A stretch of DNA of 64,000 bases from Octopus bimaculoides (GCF_001194135.2 NC_068999.1:518151-582150), one strand, 5' to 3'. Positions 27,709 through 41,171 are shown, counted from the first letter of the stretch. The notes: generated from the sequence alone by a model not told the origin. A program made the numbers and translations.

Positions 27709-27710
<2 letters not shown>
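25309..27710 (+). mobile_element. 5'-truncated Penelope-like element (GIY-YIG endonuclease, pyrimidine-rich 3' region, terminal-repeat end), interrupted by gaps
   Basis: The open frame 25309-25635 reads PYLSNTTLLTSTQHRPYHITDSFTCTSTNIIYCLSCSLCHSLYIGQTGRRLADRFAEHLRDINVGNDTPVSRHF...EQGLIC. It has IIY..CxxC..YIG.T.R.L..RF.EH, typical of Penelope GIY-YIG. A CT-rich tract (26331-26939) and a terminal segment (27642-27710) ending at (AT)n are assigned to the element by inference. Confidence 0.85.
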
Positions 27711-27758
<48 letters not shown>

Positions 27759-28384
27759 CGAATTTGTGTAAATGTGAGTAGAATAACATATCAGTTGATT
27801 GGAGTTAAAAGATGGTCAGGTTTTCACGTTTTTTATAATTGTATTTAAAAAAAAGATTTTACAATGTTGAAGAGGGTTAAACATTAAAAAATAGTTTGTA
27901 ATGTCTATAAATTGCAATTAGCGCTTTCATACGTTCCAAGTAAGCATCAGATTTCAAAACACACCTGACAGTTGAGTTCTTGGAAACTGTAGTAAAACGA
28001 CTGACTTTTTCTTTTTATACCTCTTAGAAAGCTCCAACAAGCTAATGTTTTCGAATACAGTTTTGACCAAACCATTTGCATCATAAATGTCACGGTTTGC
28101 CGGGGGTACCTACATTACTGACATAGACCCCGCTTTATCTTAACCAATTAGCTTGCGGTTTACGTATTATGGTTTTTATGAGCGAGCAAACTTAGAAGGT
28201 TACGATCGTCTTTAATTCAATCGGTGGGAGTCTTCGTGTTTATATTCATATGTTAAAGATATTCTTGAATCCGCATCCGTAACTGGTTGTTATATTGTTG
28301 CTATTATTTCCGTTCAGAACAGGTTTTAACATTTTAATAAAACATTTTTTCTTTTATCACTACTCTCGTACCCCCATCTACTCC

Positions 28385-28590
28385 AGCGACCACTAAAGGC
28401 TACCACCGAGGTTGTCCGTGGCGGAATGTGAACGCAGAATGCAGAGACAGACCTGGGATACTTGTCGGATTATCTGACAATTCAGCCAGTCCACAGCAGG
28501 GGTTTCATACTTTTTTTATCGACTCTGAAAGGAGGACGAAAAGCAAATTCGACCTCGGCGTGATTTGAATTCAGAACGCAAAGTAGTGCA
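28385..28590 (-). mobile_element. Family-2 SINE fragments, two in tandem
   Basis: ttatcgactctgaaaggaggacgaaaagcaaattcgacctcggcgtgatttgaattcagaacg is the reverse complement of the 31618-31820 core. A second head (ggcggaatgtgaacgcagaa) lies upstream. Confidence 0.7.
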
Positions 28591-29089
28591 ATCGATTTAG
28601 CTAAGCATTGTCTCCGATACTTTAAGAACGCTGGTTAGTTTGCTGTCTATGTATGTGTAGGTGCGTATGCATATACGTGTATATGCATGTATGTATATAT
28701 GTATGTATGTATGCCTTTGTATATATGTATATATATATATATACATACATAGGCATGTGTGTATGTATGTATGTATATGTATGTGTGCATGCTTCGATAG
28801 ATGCACGTACGTGTGTATGTATGTGTATAAAAGCATATATGCTTATATGTACGTATATGTATGTATGTGTGTCAGTTTATATGTGTGTAAGTATATAGGT
28901 GTGTATATTTGTGCATGTATAAAATACACTTTCCAAAGAATACTCACCAACCTAATTAGTTCCATCAAAATTAATTGTTCTCACTCATTTGCTATTTCAA
29001 TTCAGACTCCTTTATACAGAGACATTGCTACTGCAGCTAACACGGTGGCGTAAGCATCGAATATAATATTTTATAGCAATCTTCTTTCG

Positions 29090-29134
<45 letters not shown>

Positions 29135-29989
29135 TTATATATATATACGCACACACAAATGGATGTATATGGACACATAATACACACACACACATCTGCA
29201 TATAAATGCATACACCTGCGCACATAAATATAGTGTATATGTACATATGTAAGCTGAAATACATACCGAAGAAAATACGCTCAGACATATACAATCATAC
29301 TTCCTCATACAGACATATGCACGGGTTATATATGCATACATACACAAGCACAAACACACACACGTACAGGCACACGCACACACATACACACACACACACG
29401 TGTATGCATTTGTATATATATAAACATACGGAACCGACGCATGGAATCTATCCGCACATATACGTACACGTACATTTATAATGGAACATACGTACCGAAA
29501 GAGTTTCACAAGAATACACACACACGCACACACACACACACACTCGCACTAACAAACACATACAAACGTATACATGAGCATGTCCTCATACACACACACA
29601 CACACTGAGCATTTCTCACAATCCCAGCCACACACACATATAACATAGACACGCTGCTATCGAGAGTGTATAATGAAAGGATATATTTTCATGAACCGTC
29701 GGTAATTATATAATAGTGACAGTAATGAAACAATAAAGAAGAAATATTACACTAATATGTGATTGTGATGTATAAAATGTAGCAATATTAATGTTCCGCT
29801 GATAGTTTTAATAACAGCATTATTACTCCATTATGGTGGCCTAATAAATGTTTATAGAGCAATTTGCAAAATATCTTCAATATCATTCAACTATATCTGG
29901 GAATTTCGTATGTCTAGTGAGGCTCTGGATGTGCACTTTGGAAGTTCGCTTCCAAGGTGCACACTTGGACATTATTTTTCCTTTTTTTG

Positions 29990-30136
29990 TTCTAAGAAGT
30001 TCGTTTCCCAACCCTATGGTCCCGGGTTCTGTTTCACTGCGCCGCACATTGGGCAAGTGTTTTGTACTATAGCCTCAGGCCGACCAAAGCCTTGTGAGTA
30101 GATTAGGCAGAAGGAAACTGAACGAAGCACGTTGGA

Positions 30137-30199
<63 letters not shown>

Positions 30200-30361
30200 A
30201 AATGATAGAAGAAGACAAGGTAAATTCTCTAACATATTTTAATGATTCGTCAAAATTGTTTCTGTATCAAATCTATTTGCAAATGCCAGATTACGTAAAA
30301 CTTTACGTAACGTTTGCAGTTTCAGATATTAGAGATCAATTCATCATTAAAGGTGTGCTGT

Positions 30362-30419
<58 letters not shown>

Positions 30420-30560
30420 CATATGCACGTGTGTATATGTGTATGTTGATGTGTATGTTCGGCAACTGTGACCAATACAATAAGTACTGGGGTTGATTTG
30501 TTCGACCAAAGATTATTCAAGACGGTGCACCAACATGACTAAAGATGTAAAAGACAGAAG
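29990..30560 (+). mobile_element. Family-1 SINE (5' half, microsatellite plus unrelated insert, 3' half)
   Basis: Head aagaagttcgtttcccaaccctatggtcccgggttc.. to gaaggaaactgaacgaagc at 30130. The 3' half aataagtactggggttgatttgttcgac..gacggtgcaccaacatg lies at 30468-30560. Confidence 0.75.
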
Positions 30561-31095
30561 ACAACAGATGGAAAAACCAGCCAATGACACAGAATGGAAA
30601 TTCCCCAGCTGTCCTCGCCACCGAATTTGTCTGGTTTGAAAAAACAAGTCTTGCATGTGTGTCGTCAAACAGCAGAAACGAACAGCACGTGCACGGCCAA
30701 TGACCAACACTCTTTCATTTGCTCTACTTTAGCGTTCTGAATTGATACTTAATTTATCGATCCTGATTTGATGAAGAGCATAGTTGGCATTGATGATATT
30801 TGAAATCAGAAGGAAACGGACTGGAAAAAATACAGTCAGGTGTTCTATCGGAAGCTGTAGCGATTCTGCCAGTTTACTGATGTCAAATCTGAAAGTAATG
30901 CAAGGAAACAAAGAAATCTGAAGAAACTAGTAGTGTTGAGCTCCTCCAGTAAATCTCAAATGTACAAAATACAAGGAGATCATTGAGTTGTGGGGTATAC
31001 ATCACCCATCTTGATATGACATACTTCTTCTGTTCTTTACTGTATTGTAACTTATTTTATGGGTATTTAAATGGGTTTCTTTTCTTATCTCCAAG

Positions 31096-31170
31096 TATTC
31101 GAATTTTCCAATTAGTTATGTTGGATTACTACATTGTAATCACATTTAGTGATTATCACTGCTTTCGCAA
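31096..31170 (+). CDS. Candidate exon (75 nt, phase 2-2)
   Basis: Acceptor tttcttttcttatctccaag| and donor CAA|GTATGT. The only open frame reads IRIFQLVMLDYYIVITFSDYHCFR. Confidence 0.2.
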
Positions 31171-31272
31171 GTATGTTGGTGTGCTTAAGTATTAGAGAAG
31201 GTATAATGATGTTTATTCCCCCTCTGTATCTATCGGTCTACCTGTCTATCTCTGTGTTGCTCAGTCTGTCTG

Positions 31273-31320
<48 letters not shown>

Positions 31321-31617
31321 CCTTTCTCTCTGCTCCTCTGTATCTGTCTCCTACACTAACACGTTTAAAATATTTTTTTGTATTTCTGTGCAAGTGCCAT
31401 TATCTTAATGCCGCTTCACGAACTCTGACGAGATTCTGTATATTTCTATTAAACTACTTCATCCCTACTTAATATGTACGTAAGTAAAAACGTCACATAT
31501 TTATGTTAATTCTTTATATATATTACTTCTTATATATGTTACTTCTTTATATATGTTGTTCTTATATACATAACTTCTTCTTTCAATAGTGCTGGCCTTG
31601 TTCCAAAATCAGGGGAC

Positions 31618-31820
31618 GAGGCGGCGCGCAGGCTGAATCGTTAGGGCACTGGGTATAATGCCAGGTGGCATTTAGTCCGTCTTTACGCTCTGTGTCCAAA
31701 TTCCGACGAGTTCGACTTTGCTTTTCATCCGTTCGGAGTTGATAAAATACGTTAAATAACAGACTTAACTCCTCCCCTGAAATTGCTGGTTCTATGCCAA
31801 AATTTGGAATTATTATTATC
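31618..31820 (+). mobile_element. Family-2 tRNA-derived SINE, near full length
   Basis: Head aggcggcgcgcaggctgaatcgttagg, core ccaaattccgacgagttcgactttgcttttcatccgttcggagttgataaaatac, and an (ATT)n tail. The core resembles conserved SINE central domains (Meta/Nin type); exact superfamily unverified. Confidence 0.8.
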
Positions 31821-32172
31821 AAAACAATGCTCGCAGAATCTTTACAGAGTCAGAGAAAATAGCTTACGCTCTTTCCTCTGGAATTTTACATTCTGAATTC
31901 AATGCCACGGTGGTCAAATAGCTTGCGCACGAATCGGCGTTGAATAAAATACAGGTTTTCAAAGTACAATTTGCTGTTTATATATNNNNNNNNNNNNNNN
32001 NNNNNNNNNNNNNNNNNNNNNNNNNNNNNNNNNNNNNNNNNNNNNNNNNNNNNNNNNNNNNNNNNNNNNNNNNNNNNNNNNNNNNNNNNNNNNNNNNNNN
32101 NNNNNNNNNNNNNNNNNNNNNNNNNNNNNNNNNNNNNNNNNNNNNNNNNNNNNNNNNNNNNNNNNNNNNNNN

Positions 32173-32220
<48 letters not shown>

Positions 32221-33289
32221 AACTGTCCTTTTAGATCTATGAACTACAGATGTGATATGCGTAGCTGATGAAGCATAATAATGCAGGAACGCATGAAACG
32301 CAGACATTCATGCTTTCGATGACGACTTTCATTGCCCAATGATGTGATTTTACACAATCTTTACGAGGAGAATTTTCTTCTGAGACTATTTCCGTGGCGG
32401 AAGACCATCCCATTTGCAAGTGCACCCGGACGTGCAAAGATTTGATTGTACAAACCAACATTTAACACAACACTTCTTTATTTATCTTAATATGAATATA
32501 TGACATCATAAAAATGATTGGAGAATTGTGGATCTTCAAAACTTTTCTTTTATTATCCACATTATATTCATGTTGGATTTCAATCCCGACTCACATTTCT
32601 GCTGCAGAAATACGTTATGAAACACGAACATGTGCTGAGACTGAAATCTAACATGAAAATAATGTGAAGTATACTGCAATAAACAAGGTTTGAAGATACA
32701 TAATTCTACTTTATTTTTTTAAAGATGTCGTTGTTTTATACTTGGTATAAATTGGAAGGAAGCAAACCCAGGATTTACCTGTTGAATGAAATATCGAGTA
32801 ATTGTTTGCCTGAAACAGTTTTATGTGTTTCTTATCCTTCAATGTGGTTAGCCAGAAACAGGATTTTAGCCGAATACTAATACAGTTCCTTTCTTTTTCT
32901 ATATATGTGTGTGTATTTATGTGTGTATGTGTGTGTGTATTTATGTATTTTTACCGCATACTCAGGTGAATGCACATATACAGATGTACATCTTTATTTA
33001 CAGAAATAAAAACAAACACAGGCATTTGTAGATTTGCACGACTGCGCACTGATACGCATACACACCCACACATAAGCCATGCATATTCCCACCCANNNNN
33101 NNNNNNNNNNNNNNNNNNNNNNNNNNNNNNNNNNNNNNNNNNNNNNNNNNNNNNNNNNNNNNNAGTGATCTTCCTTAATTTTTCCCTATCGACTCGCTTC
33201 TAACACATGTATCTTCCCTGCCCTCTCTTCCTCCTAAAACTTCTTTACTCCTCTATATATAACGCGTTGTTAATTGGCAACAATTATGA

Positions 33290-34130
33290 CCATCCCTCAA
33301 TATAATAACATACACACACATATCTATACTGGAAGGGACAAAGAGAGAGAGGTGGGGAGAGATGAAATGAAAACATTTTCATTATGTAAAAGTTTATAAG
33401 AGTAAAATGACCAGTGAGGAAGTCAGGATGTGAAAGAGGAAAAGAAAAGAATACCGTAAACGTCAGGAGAGAAGAAAAGGACAAAGATAGAACGAATAGG
33501 AGTGGGGGGAGGAGAGTGTGAGAGGATTAGGAACCGAAAATGCGATGTATGATGGTTAAGAAAGGGAGTAAGAGGGGATAAGAAAGAGAGAGGAATAGGC
33601 ATGATTGTAGAGAGGGAGAGGAAACAGAGAAATAATGATATATACCGTGAGTTTTATGAGAGAGCGAGTGTTAGGGAAATATGAAACAGCATGAATCATA
33701 TAAATACGTGACGGGGAAGAGAGAAAATGGGAAATTAAGAGAGAGATACAGCAAGATGAATAGGTAGAGAGAGAGAGAGAGAGAGAGAGAAATGAGAGAA
33801 AGTGATATAGTTTAAATTACTGAGAGAATAAGAGAAAAAGAGAAACTGAAAGATAGAGAGAGGGTGTAATGAGAGCAAAAGTAGCAGATATCGTATAGAA
33901 GGTGTTAGTGAGAGGAGTGAAAGAGAAGCAGAGAAAAAGGTAAGAATAAATGAAAGAGATAGTTGACTAAGAAGAGAGCGAGGGAGAGAGAGAGAGAGGA
34001 GAGGGAGAAACAGAAAGAAGTGTCAAAAAGGATCGGATATTCAAATGATGGTATAAAATAAATGGAAGGTAATCTAAGTAGAGAGAGAGAGAGAGAGAAA
34101 CGGGGGGAGGGGGCAGCGATGGGGTACGAA
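33290..34130. repeat. Polypurine (GA-rich) low-complexity tract
   Basis: Strongly purine-biased on +, with multiple (GA)n runs. Confidence 0.85.
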
Positions 34131-34719
34131 AAATTGCTCGAAGCAGACGATAGAATGTGTGAGAATACAGAAAGATAATTATATTAATTCAAACATTTCA
34201 AATGCACAAGAAGTGATGTATCAATTTTACAGTTATTTTGACAGTGAAGAGATGCATGTTGCTGCTTTATTATTGCATATTCAATGCACCATACTTTTTC
34301 GGATTTCAAAAACGAAGTAAATTCAAAAACTATTCAAGAACTACTATAATAAAACATGGCTTCTCTGCAGAAAATTATTTCATTACCTTCCAAAGCTAAC
34401 ATAATGTCAATTAACTCTTACAACAAAATGTGTTGTTAATAATATTGCTTAGAAAATAATAATCATGTTCGTAACAATGGTGTTTCTGTCTGTCTGTCTG
34501 TCTCTTTATGGCAGTTTGGCTTTCTAAGTTTTCACGCTGACACTGTGTACACTTTCTGTTTTCGCACTAGCGACCTATCTGTCTACTTACCTACTTACAC
34601 ACCAATCTATCTACCTGTCTACCAACCTATCTACCTGTCTACCAATCTACCTACCTATCTATTTTCCAACCATCCAGTCTACCGATCTCGTTCTGCAGTT
34701 ATCAACTTATATTGCCTTT

Positions 34720-35339
34720 TTTCCTTATATTTCTATATAAATCTGCACCGTTTTCTCTCTTCTCTTCCTTCCATTCTTTCTTTTTTCTGTCTTTCTTTAT
34801 TTTTTCTGTCTCTTTCTTTTACACTTTCTTTTCCGCCATATTTAATTCTCCTCTTTCTCTTATTACCTCTGTACATGTATGTGTGTGTGTGCGCGAGTGT
34901 ATGTACCTTTGTATGCGCGTACGTGAATAGGAGTGTGTGCGTGGGTGTGTGTCCTGTAAACTTTCTATATCTTCAAGGTACCATGTTTTTATATACACAT
35001 CTCACTCAGCACCTTTTCGTTTCCAGTTCCTGGAGATCATCTCAGACAAGTGAACCGAAGACACAGTTTTCGGCAATAAGAAAGTGCTTCATATACTTCT
35101 TTTACCCTCCCTCTTTTTCCATTTTTCTCTCCTTTTAGTTTTCTCTCTCTTTCTCTTATTTATTTTCTTTCCACTCTTTCTCTTTATATCTTTCTTTCTT
35201 TACGTTCCCATTTCAATCTGTCTCTCCAAATATGTTTCTCTCTTTCCCTTCATCAGTCTTTCGCACCCACATCCCTTTCTCTTCCTCGTATATCATTCAC
35301 TCTTAGAGCTCTATGTCACTCCCAGTCATCTCCCCCCCC

Positions 35340-35399
<60 letters not shown>

Positions 35400-35990
35400 A
35401 CTCTATCTCTACAACCGTTTATCATAAATCCTTCGCTCTGAAATCTCACCCCGTCTCGCTATTTTCCCCTTGTCCCTCTCTCACACATATGTCTCCCCCC
35501 CCCACCAATCTCTCTCTCTCTAAATTTCCCACCATCCCTTCACTCTCTCCTCCACACATCTCTATGTCGTCACTGCATCATTCTTCCACTCCTTTACACC
35601 CTCCTCTCTCGCTCTCTTTCTTTATCTCTCTCTCTCTCTCTCTCATCTTTTCACTCTCTCTCTCTCTTCTTCTTCTTACTCTATCACACTCTCTCACCTA
35701 TATTATGTGTCTCTCTCTCAATTTACTTTCCTCAATTACTCCCAAAATCCCTTATCATCCCTTCACACTTTCTCCCCCAAGCATCTGTATATCACCACTG
35801 CTTCCCTCATTGACCTCTTCATCCTCTTTCCGTTCTCTTATTTCTCTCTCTCTCTCTCTCTTTTCCCTCCCTTCCTCTAGCCATCTGTCTATTGTTGCAC
35901 TCTACTTTCTCGGTCTCCCCCTCTCTCTCTATCATAAGTTTCCCTATAAACACCCTCCACCGCCCTACACTTCACATCGATGCTTGTTGT
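34720..35990. repeat. Polypyrimidine (CT-rich) low-complexity tract
   Basis: Strongly pyrimidine-biased on +. It explains the spurious 310-aa S/L/P-rich ORF. Confidence 0.85.
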
Positions 35991-36890
35991 GTCCCAGTTG
36001 CCAAATTCCGTCATGATCATTGCAATTTACCATTCACAGATTATAATTAATGGCTTCTGCCCATGTCTTTGCATGAGTGCATCCATGCATGTATGTATGT
36101 ATGTATGTATGTATCCATGTATGCATGAGTGCATGCATACGCGTGTGAGTATTTGTGAGTGTGCGTAGAACTTTGTGACTCACTGTGTGTATATATGTGC
36201 GAAGGGCAGTCATTCTTTCGTTCATGTTTATATATAAGTATGTGTTTGTGTATATCAGTGTAAGAACATGATTCTGCGAGTCGATGCTTACCATTATACT
36301 CTTACATATATGTGTTTATATGTGTGTGTGTATGTGTGTGCCTGTATATGTGTGTGAATGTATGTGTGCGCGCGTTTAACTTCATGTTCACATGTTTATA
36401 TTTTATGTAAATACTATATTTGAAATTTCAGCAAGGGTGAAAATTAGACGAGCATTCTTTTCTGCGCATGCGTACAATCAGAGTTTCGATCAGACTCCGC
36501 ACGTTTTGTCTATATATCTCAGAAATATTCACTTTTTCATATAATGGTAACTATTTACCTACCTACCTACCTATCTATATTTTTTATTTCTTTATTTATT
36601 TGTGTATCTATATTTTTTCTTTGTACAACTGTACCTAGCTCAGTCTGTGTCTATCTCTTACGCCATCAACCTCACACATTTTCTCAGGGAGACTCACTGT
36701 AGAAGTGTGTGCGTTTGTGTGTGTGTTTGTGTATGTGTGTGTGATAATTTACGTATAAATATATCTAAACATTTATATACAGTCATATATGCACAAGTAT
36801 GGATGCACTTACAAACACATACATGAATACACATATATACATGCATATACGTACACAAACACAAACACGTATACACATTCTCATACACAA

Positions 36891-36942
<52 letters not shown>

Positions 36943-37429
36943 ACACTTATATGTATTTTTTTGCTTTTCTCCAATTATCTCTTTCCATACTTCTCTCTGT
37001 GCGACCGTACAGTCAGTGTTAATATATTAGAATGGATTTTTGTATATCTTTGTCAAGATAAACAAATAACTGCAGATTCTATGAAATCTGTGGAATAGTT
37101 TATAAGAGTCTATGTCTGAAGAATTGCTTACATATCCTATACAACACTTTTATATACATACATAAAAATATATAGATAAGAATATATACATTTAACATAT
37201 ACGATTATGTATAAATATAATATACATATATGTGTGTATGTGTGTGTTTGTCTTTGTTTGTGTCCACTTTTGTATACAATTCACTGACTCTCTGGATAAG
37301 TTCCTACAAGCGAAAGCACTCAAATCAAATGAGAGTTTAGACTGGTTTATATATAGACACAGTGCATTAACGGGATTGTCGCAGCGACTCGAGTTTCCCA
37401 TTAATGTACACTATATAAAACCTGTATAT

Positions 37430-37490
<61 letters not shown>

Positions 37491-38234
37491 CACAAACATA
37501 TGCACAAATATATGTGTATGCATGTATGTGTATGCACATATACATATTGGCACAAATAGATATATTCATGTACGTACATATTTATATTTACGACTTTATT
37601 TGTATATCTATCCAACTCTCTCTCTCTCTTTCTCTCCCTCTCTCTCTCCCTCTCTCTCTCTCTTTCATTCACTGTCTTTTTCTGAGAGTACGCCAACATT
37701 TTCCCCTCCCACTGACCCACCGCTCACGTTTACTCTCTTCAGTTACTCATATAATTGATAAGGTATTTGAATCTTGACTACGCACACCCCTGTTCGGCTT
37801 CCTTGGATCCTTCTGAAGACATCTGGCAGGGATTCTTACTTACAAAGTTTGAATCTCTATCAAGGTAAAAAATCTATAAGTATTGCTTACAAAAGTTTTG
37901 CGAATACATTCAATAATCCATAGCGAATATTGTTCGCATTACATAGAGAATTCGCGAGATAATTTATTAGATATACAGAAACTTGTTGCAGAATTCTAAA
38001 TGGATTACATTGAACATCTATGTGCAAGATAAGAAATTGTTCTGGAATAGTGATATGGTTTTATTGAGTCAGTATGGGGAGGCATTTCTCGTCCCCTGTT
38101 AAGATCACAGATATCGGTGAGATGGAGGATGGTAGATGGCATTAATCCAGGGACTTTGGCTGAATTCTTGCAAGCGAGTAAACAACTAAATCAACAAATG
38201 TATGTTGTGAGAAATCTATGACTCAAAGGATCAA

Positions 38235-38555
38235 TAGAAAGATTTGAACTCAGAAGACAAAGACCCCGGGCAAACTCCAGAAGACATCTACACCCATGTT
38301 CTTCTATTTCCGTGCATCTAGCAACCTGGAATAGTTATTTTTTTTTTCCGAATCTGAAAGCGTGGAAGAGAAAGCTGATCACAGTGGGATTTGAACTTAA
38401 ATTGTTGAACCTTCTTTCTTTTATTCGTTTCATTTATTAGCAGGGATTCGATCGAAAGAGTCGACCCCAGTTCATATACTTTTTAAGCTTGGTCCTTATT
38501 CTATCGGAATCTTTTACTGAACCGTTAAGTTACGAGGATGCAAACAATCAACGCT
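38235..38555 (-). mobile_element. Adjacent family-2 (38235-38405) and family-1 3' half (38435-38555) SINE fragments
   Basis: gatttgaactcagaag.. and gggatttgaactt heads, followed by gtcgaccccag..cttattctatcgg..gaaccgttaagttacgagga. Confidence 0.6.
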
Positions 38556-39569
38556 AATTTTCAAGCGATATATATATATGTATATATATATGTATATNNN
38601 NNNNNNNNNNNNNNNNNNNNNNNNNNNNNNNNNNNNNNNNNNNNNNNNNNNNNNNNNNNNNNNNNNNNNNNNNNNNNNNNNNNNNNNNNNNNNNNNNNNN
38701 NNNNNNNNNNNNNNNNNNNNNNNNNNNNNNNNNNNNNNNNNNNNNNNNNNNNNNNNNNNNNNNNNNNNNNNNNNNNNNNNNNNNNNNNNNNNNNNNNNNN
38801 NNNNNNNNNNNNNNNNNNNNNNNNNNNNNNNNNNNNNNNNNTAGACAATATATAAACCATTTCACAAATGTCATATTTTTTTGACAAACATTTGAAATTT
38901 TTTGATGAATTTCACAAATTGTCTTTGTTTTACATTTAATCATTTTTCATTTTCCCTCTTTACAAAAATATAATAAATAAATAAATAAATAAAGGAAAAG
39001 TAAAAAAAAAAACACATTTATTGGATAAAATAATTAATTTAAAAATTAATTTCAAATACTTCTTTCAGAAATTAAAAACAAAGAAGCAATTAATAAGTAA
39101 AAAAAAGAAAATTCTATAAAACCGAAGAATAAATAATGATACTCCACAAAAAATAATTAGTAGGTATATTTTTAATTAAAGCAATATTGTGAATCAATTT
39201 ATTCTTCCATATTTTTTTTATTTACTGCATATATTATCAGAGACAACACCTGCAATATTGGTAGAATTCTTCGAAGAATTAGTTTGAATCATTAATAAAC
39301 TAACGGAACTTATATAATCTAGAATTACGAGAATTGCTTCTATTTACAAATAGTAATAAATCTAAAGATATACGTTATGTGCAGCACATGACTGAAATAC
39401 AGACTCACACATAGAGATAAGGCACATTCTTAAATATAACTATATAAGCATATATGTATGTATGTATGTATGTATTTATGTATGTATATATGTGTAAATG
39501 TATGTATGTATGTATATATGCATGTATGTATGTGTAGATGTATGTATTTAGGTATCTATGTGTGCATGT

Positions 39570-39767
39570 AGTAATTGGAATTCTGTCAGTCACGACGACG
39601 AAGGTTCCACTTGATCCGATCAACGGAACAGGTTGCTCGTAAAATTCCCGTGCAAGTGGCTGAGCACTCCACAGACACACGTATCCTTAAAGTACTTCTC
39701 AGAGAGAGTCAGCGCGACACAATGTGACAAGGCTGGCCTTTAGAATTACAGGTACTACACATTTTTG

Positions 39768-39770
<3 letters not shown>
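39570..39770 (-). mobile_element. Family-3 SINE, 3' and central part
   Basis: gtcacgacgacgaaggttccacttgatccgatcaacggaacag..gcaagtggctgagcactccacagacac..gtgacaaggctggcc is recalled as an abundant octopus SINE. A matching type of head lies at 42735-42815. Confidence 0.55.
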
Positions 39771-39822
<52 letters not shown>

Positions 39823-39872
39823 CATACATATACATATATACATGTATACATATCTACATGTATACATATATA

Positions 39873-40700
39873 CACGGTGCGGCGAATATATTGTCTAAAT
39901 TACGCAAAAATGAAAATAACACTGACAGCTCATTTTAACAGATATATTTACCAAATTACATTAAAATATTTTGAAATACTAGGGAATATATTTATTCAAT
40001 AAAATCCCCATTGGCTTCAAACACGGTCTCCAGACGACTTCGGAATCTCCTGCAAATCTTCTGGACAGTCTCCTTGTTTAAGTTGGTGAATGCTGCCATA
40101 ATCCTTGCCTTAAGTTCATCTTTGGTGTTATAAGTTTTGTTGGTCTCTTGCTCAACTGTGCCCCACACATAATAATCAAGGGCTTTGCAGTCTGGGGAGT
40201 TAGGTGGCTTGATGTTAGGGGTGTTGCGGTCGCAGAAATTGTCTGACAGCCATGACTGGGTTCCCCTGTTCGTATGGCATGGTACAGAGTCTTGTTGCCA
40301 AACATAAATTCTTCCTGCAGCTACCCTCTTGAGCCAGGGCAGCACTACCTCCTCCATGAACTTGATGTAGGCCTCTGTGTTGAGAATGAGGTCATGTGGG
40401 AAGATGAATGGAGGCATAACGTTGCCATCACTAGTGATCACTTCAAACGCCATGATGTTGACAGGACGTTTGATTTTTATCACTCTCGGTACATGTTTGG
40501 GGACTCAGGTTGATACAAAACACTCTGAAATGTTCGTAGTGGAGCTTCCGGCATGAATGCCAATCAGCACAGCATTTCGTTTCCAAATTTCTGGCGGAGT
40601 GAATTGCGTCATGATGCCGTTTTTCTCACAGACAGTGCCCAGCTGACCCTTGCATACTATGTAGTTGGCAAAATAAAAAAGAAACAATGCGCATGCCGGA
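39873..40700 (-). mobile_element. Internally deleted Tc1/mariner element of the DD37D (maT) type
   Basis: ORF 39992-40483 contains WQQDSVPCH...PPNSPDCKALDYYVW, with exactly 37 residues between the second D and the final D. A short N-terminus (ATG at 40612, MTQFTPPEIWKR) abuts it directly, so the DNA-binding region and first catalytic D are missing. One end TA|cacggtg is at 39871-39879. Confidence 0.88.
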
Positions 40701-41114
40701 AATTAATAATATATAACATGCTACACACACACACACACACACACAGAGACACAAATACATATATATATATANNNNNNNNNNNNNNNNNNNNNNNNNNNNN
40801 NNNNNNNNNNNNNNNNNNNNNNNNNNNNNNNNNNNNNNNNNNNNNNNNNNNNNNNNNNNNNNNNNNNNNNNNNNNNNNNNNNNNNNNNNNNNNNNNNNNN
40901 NNNNNNNNNNNNNNNNNNNNNNNNNNNNNNNNNNNNNNNNNNNNNNNNNNNNNNNNNNNNNNNNNNNNNNNNNNNNNNNNNNNNNNNNNNNNNNNNNNNN
41001 NNNNNNNNNNNNNNNNNNNNNNNNNNNNNNNNNNNNNNNNNNNNNNNNNNNNNNNNNNNNNNNNNNNNNNNNNNNNNNNNNNNNNNNNNNNNNNNNNNNN
41101 NNNNNNNNNNNNNN

Positions 41115-41171
<57 letters not shown>

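Noticed and set aside
30560-30980. Coding-looking unique region with an acceptor at about 30732
   Set aside because: All frames after the acceptor contain stops and no motif was recognised.
32265-32305. CTGATGA-agcataataatgc-aggaacgcat-GAAAcgcagac hammerhead-like string
   Set aside because: The core words are present, but stem II cannot be placed flush against both cores, and stems I and III do not pair.
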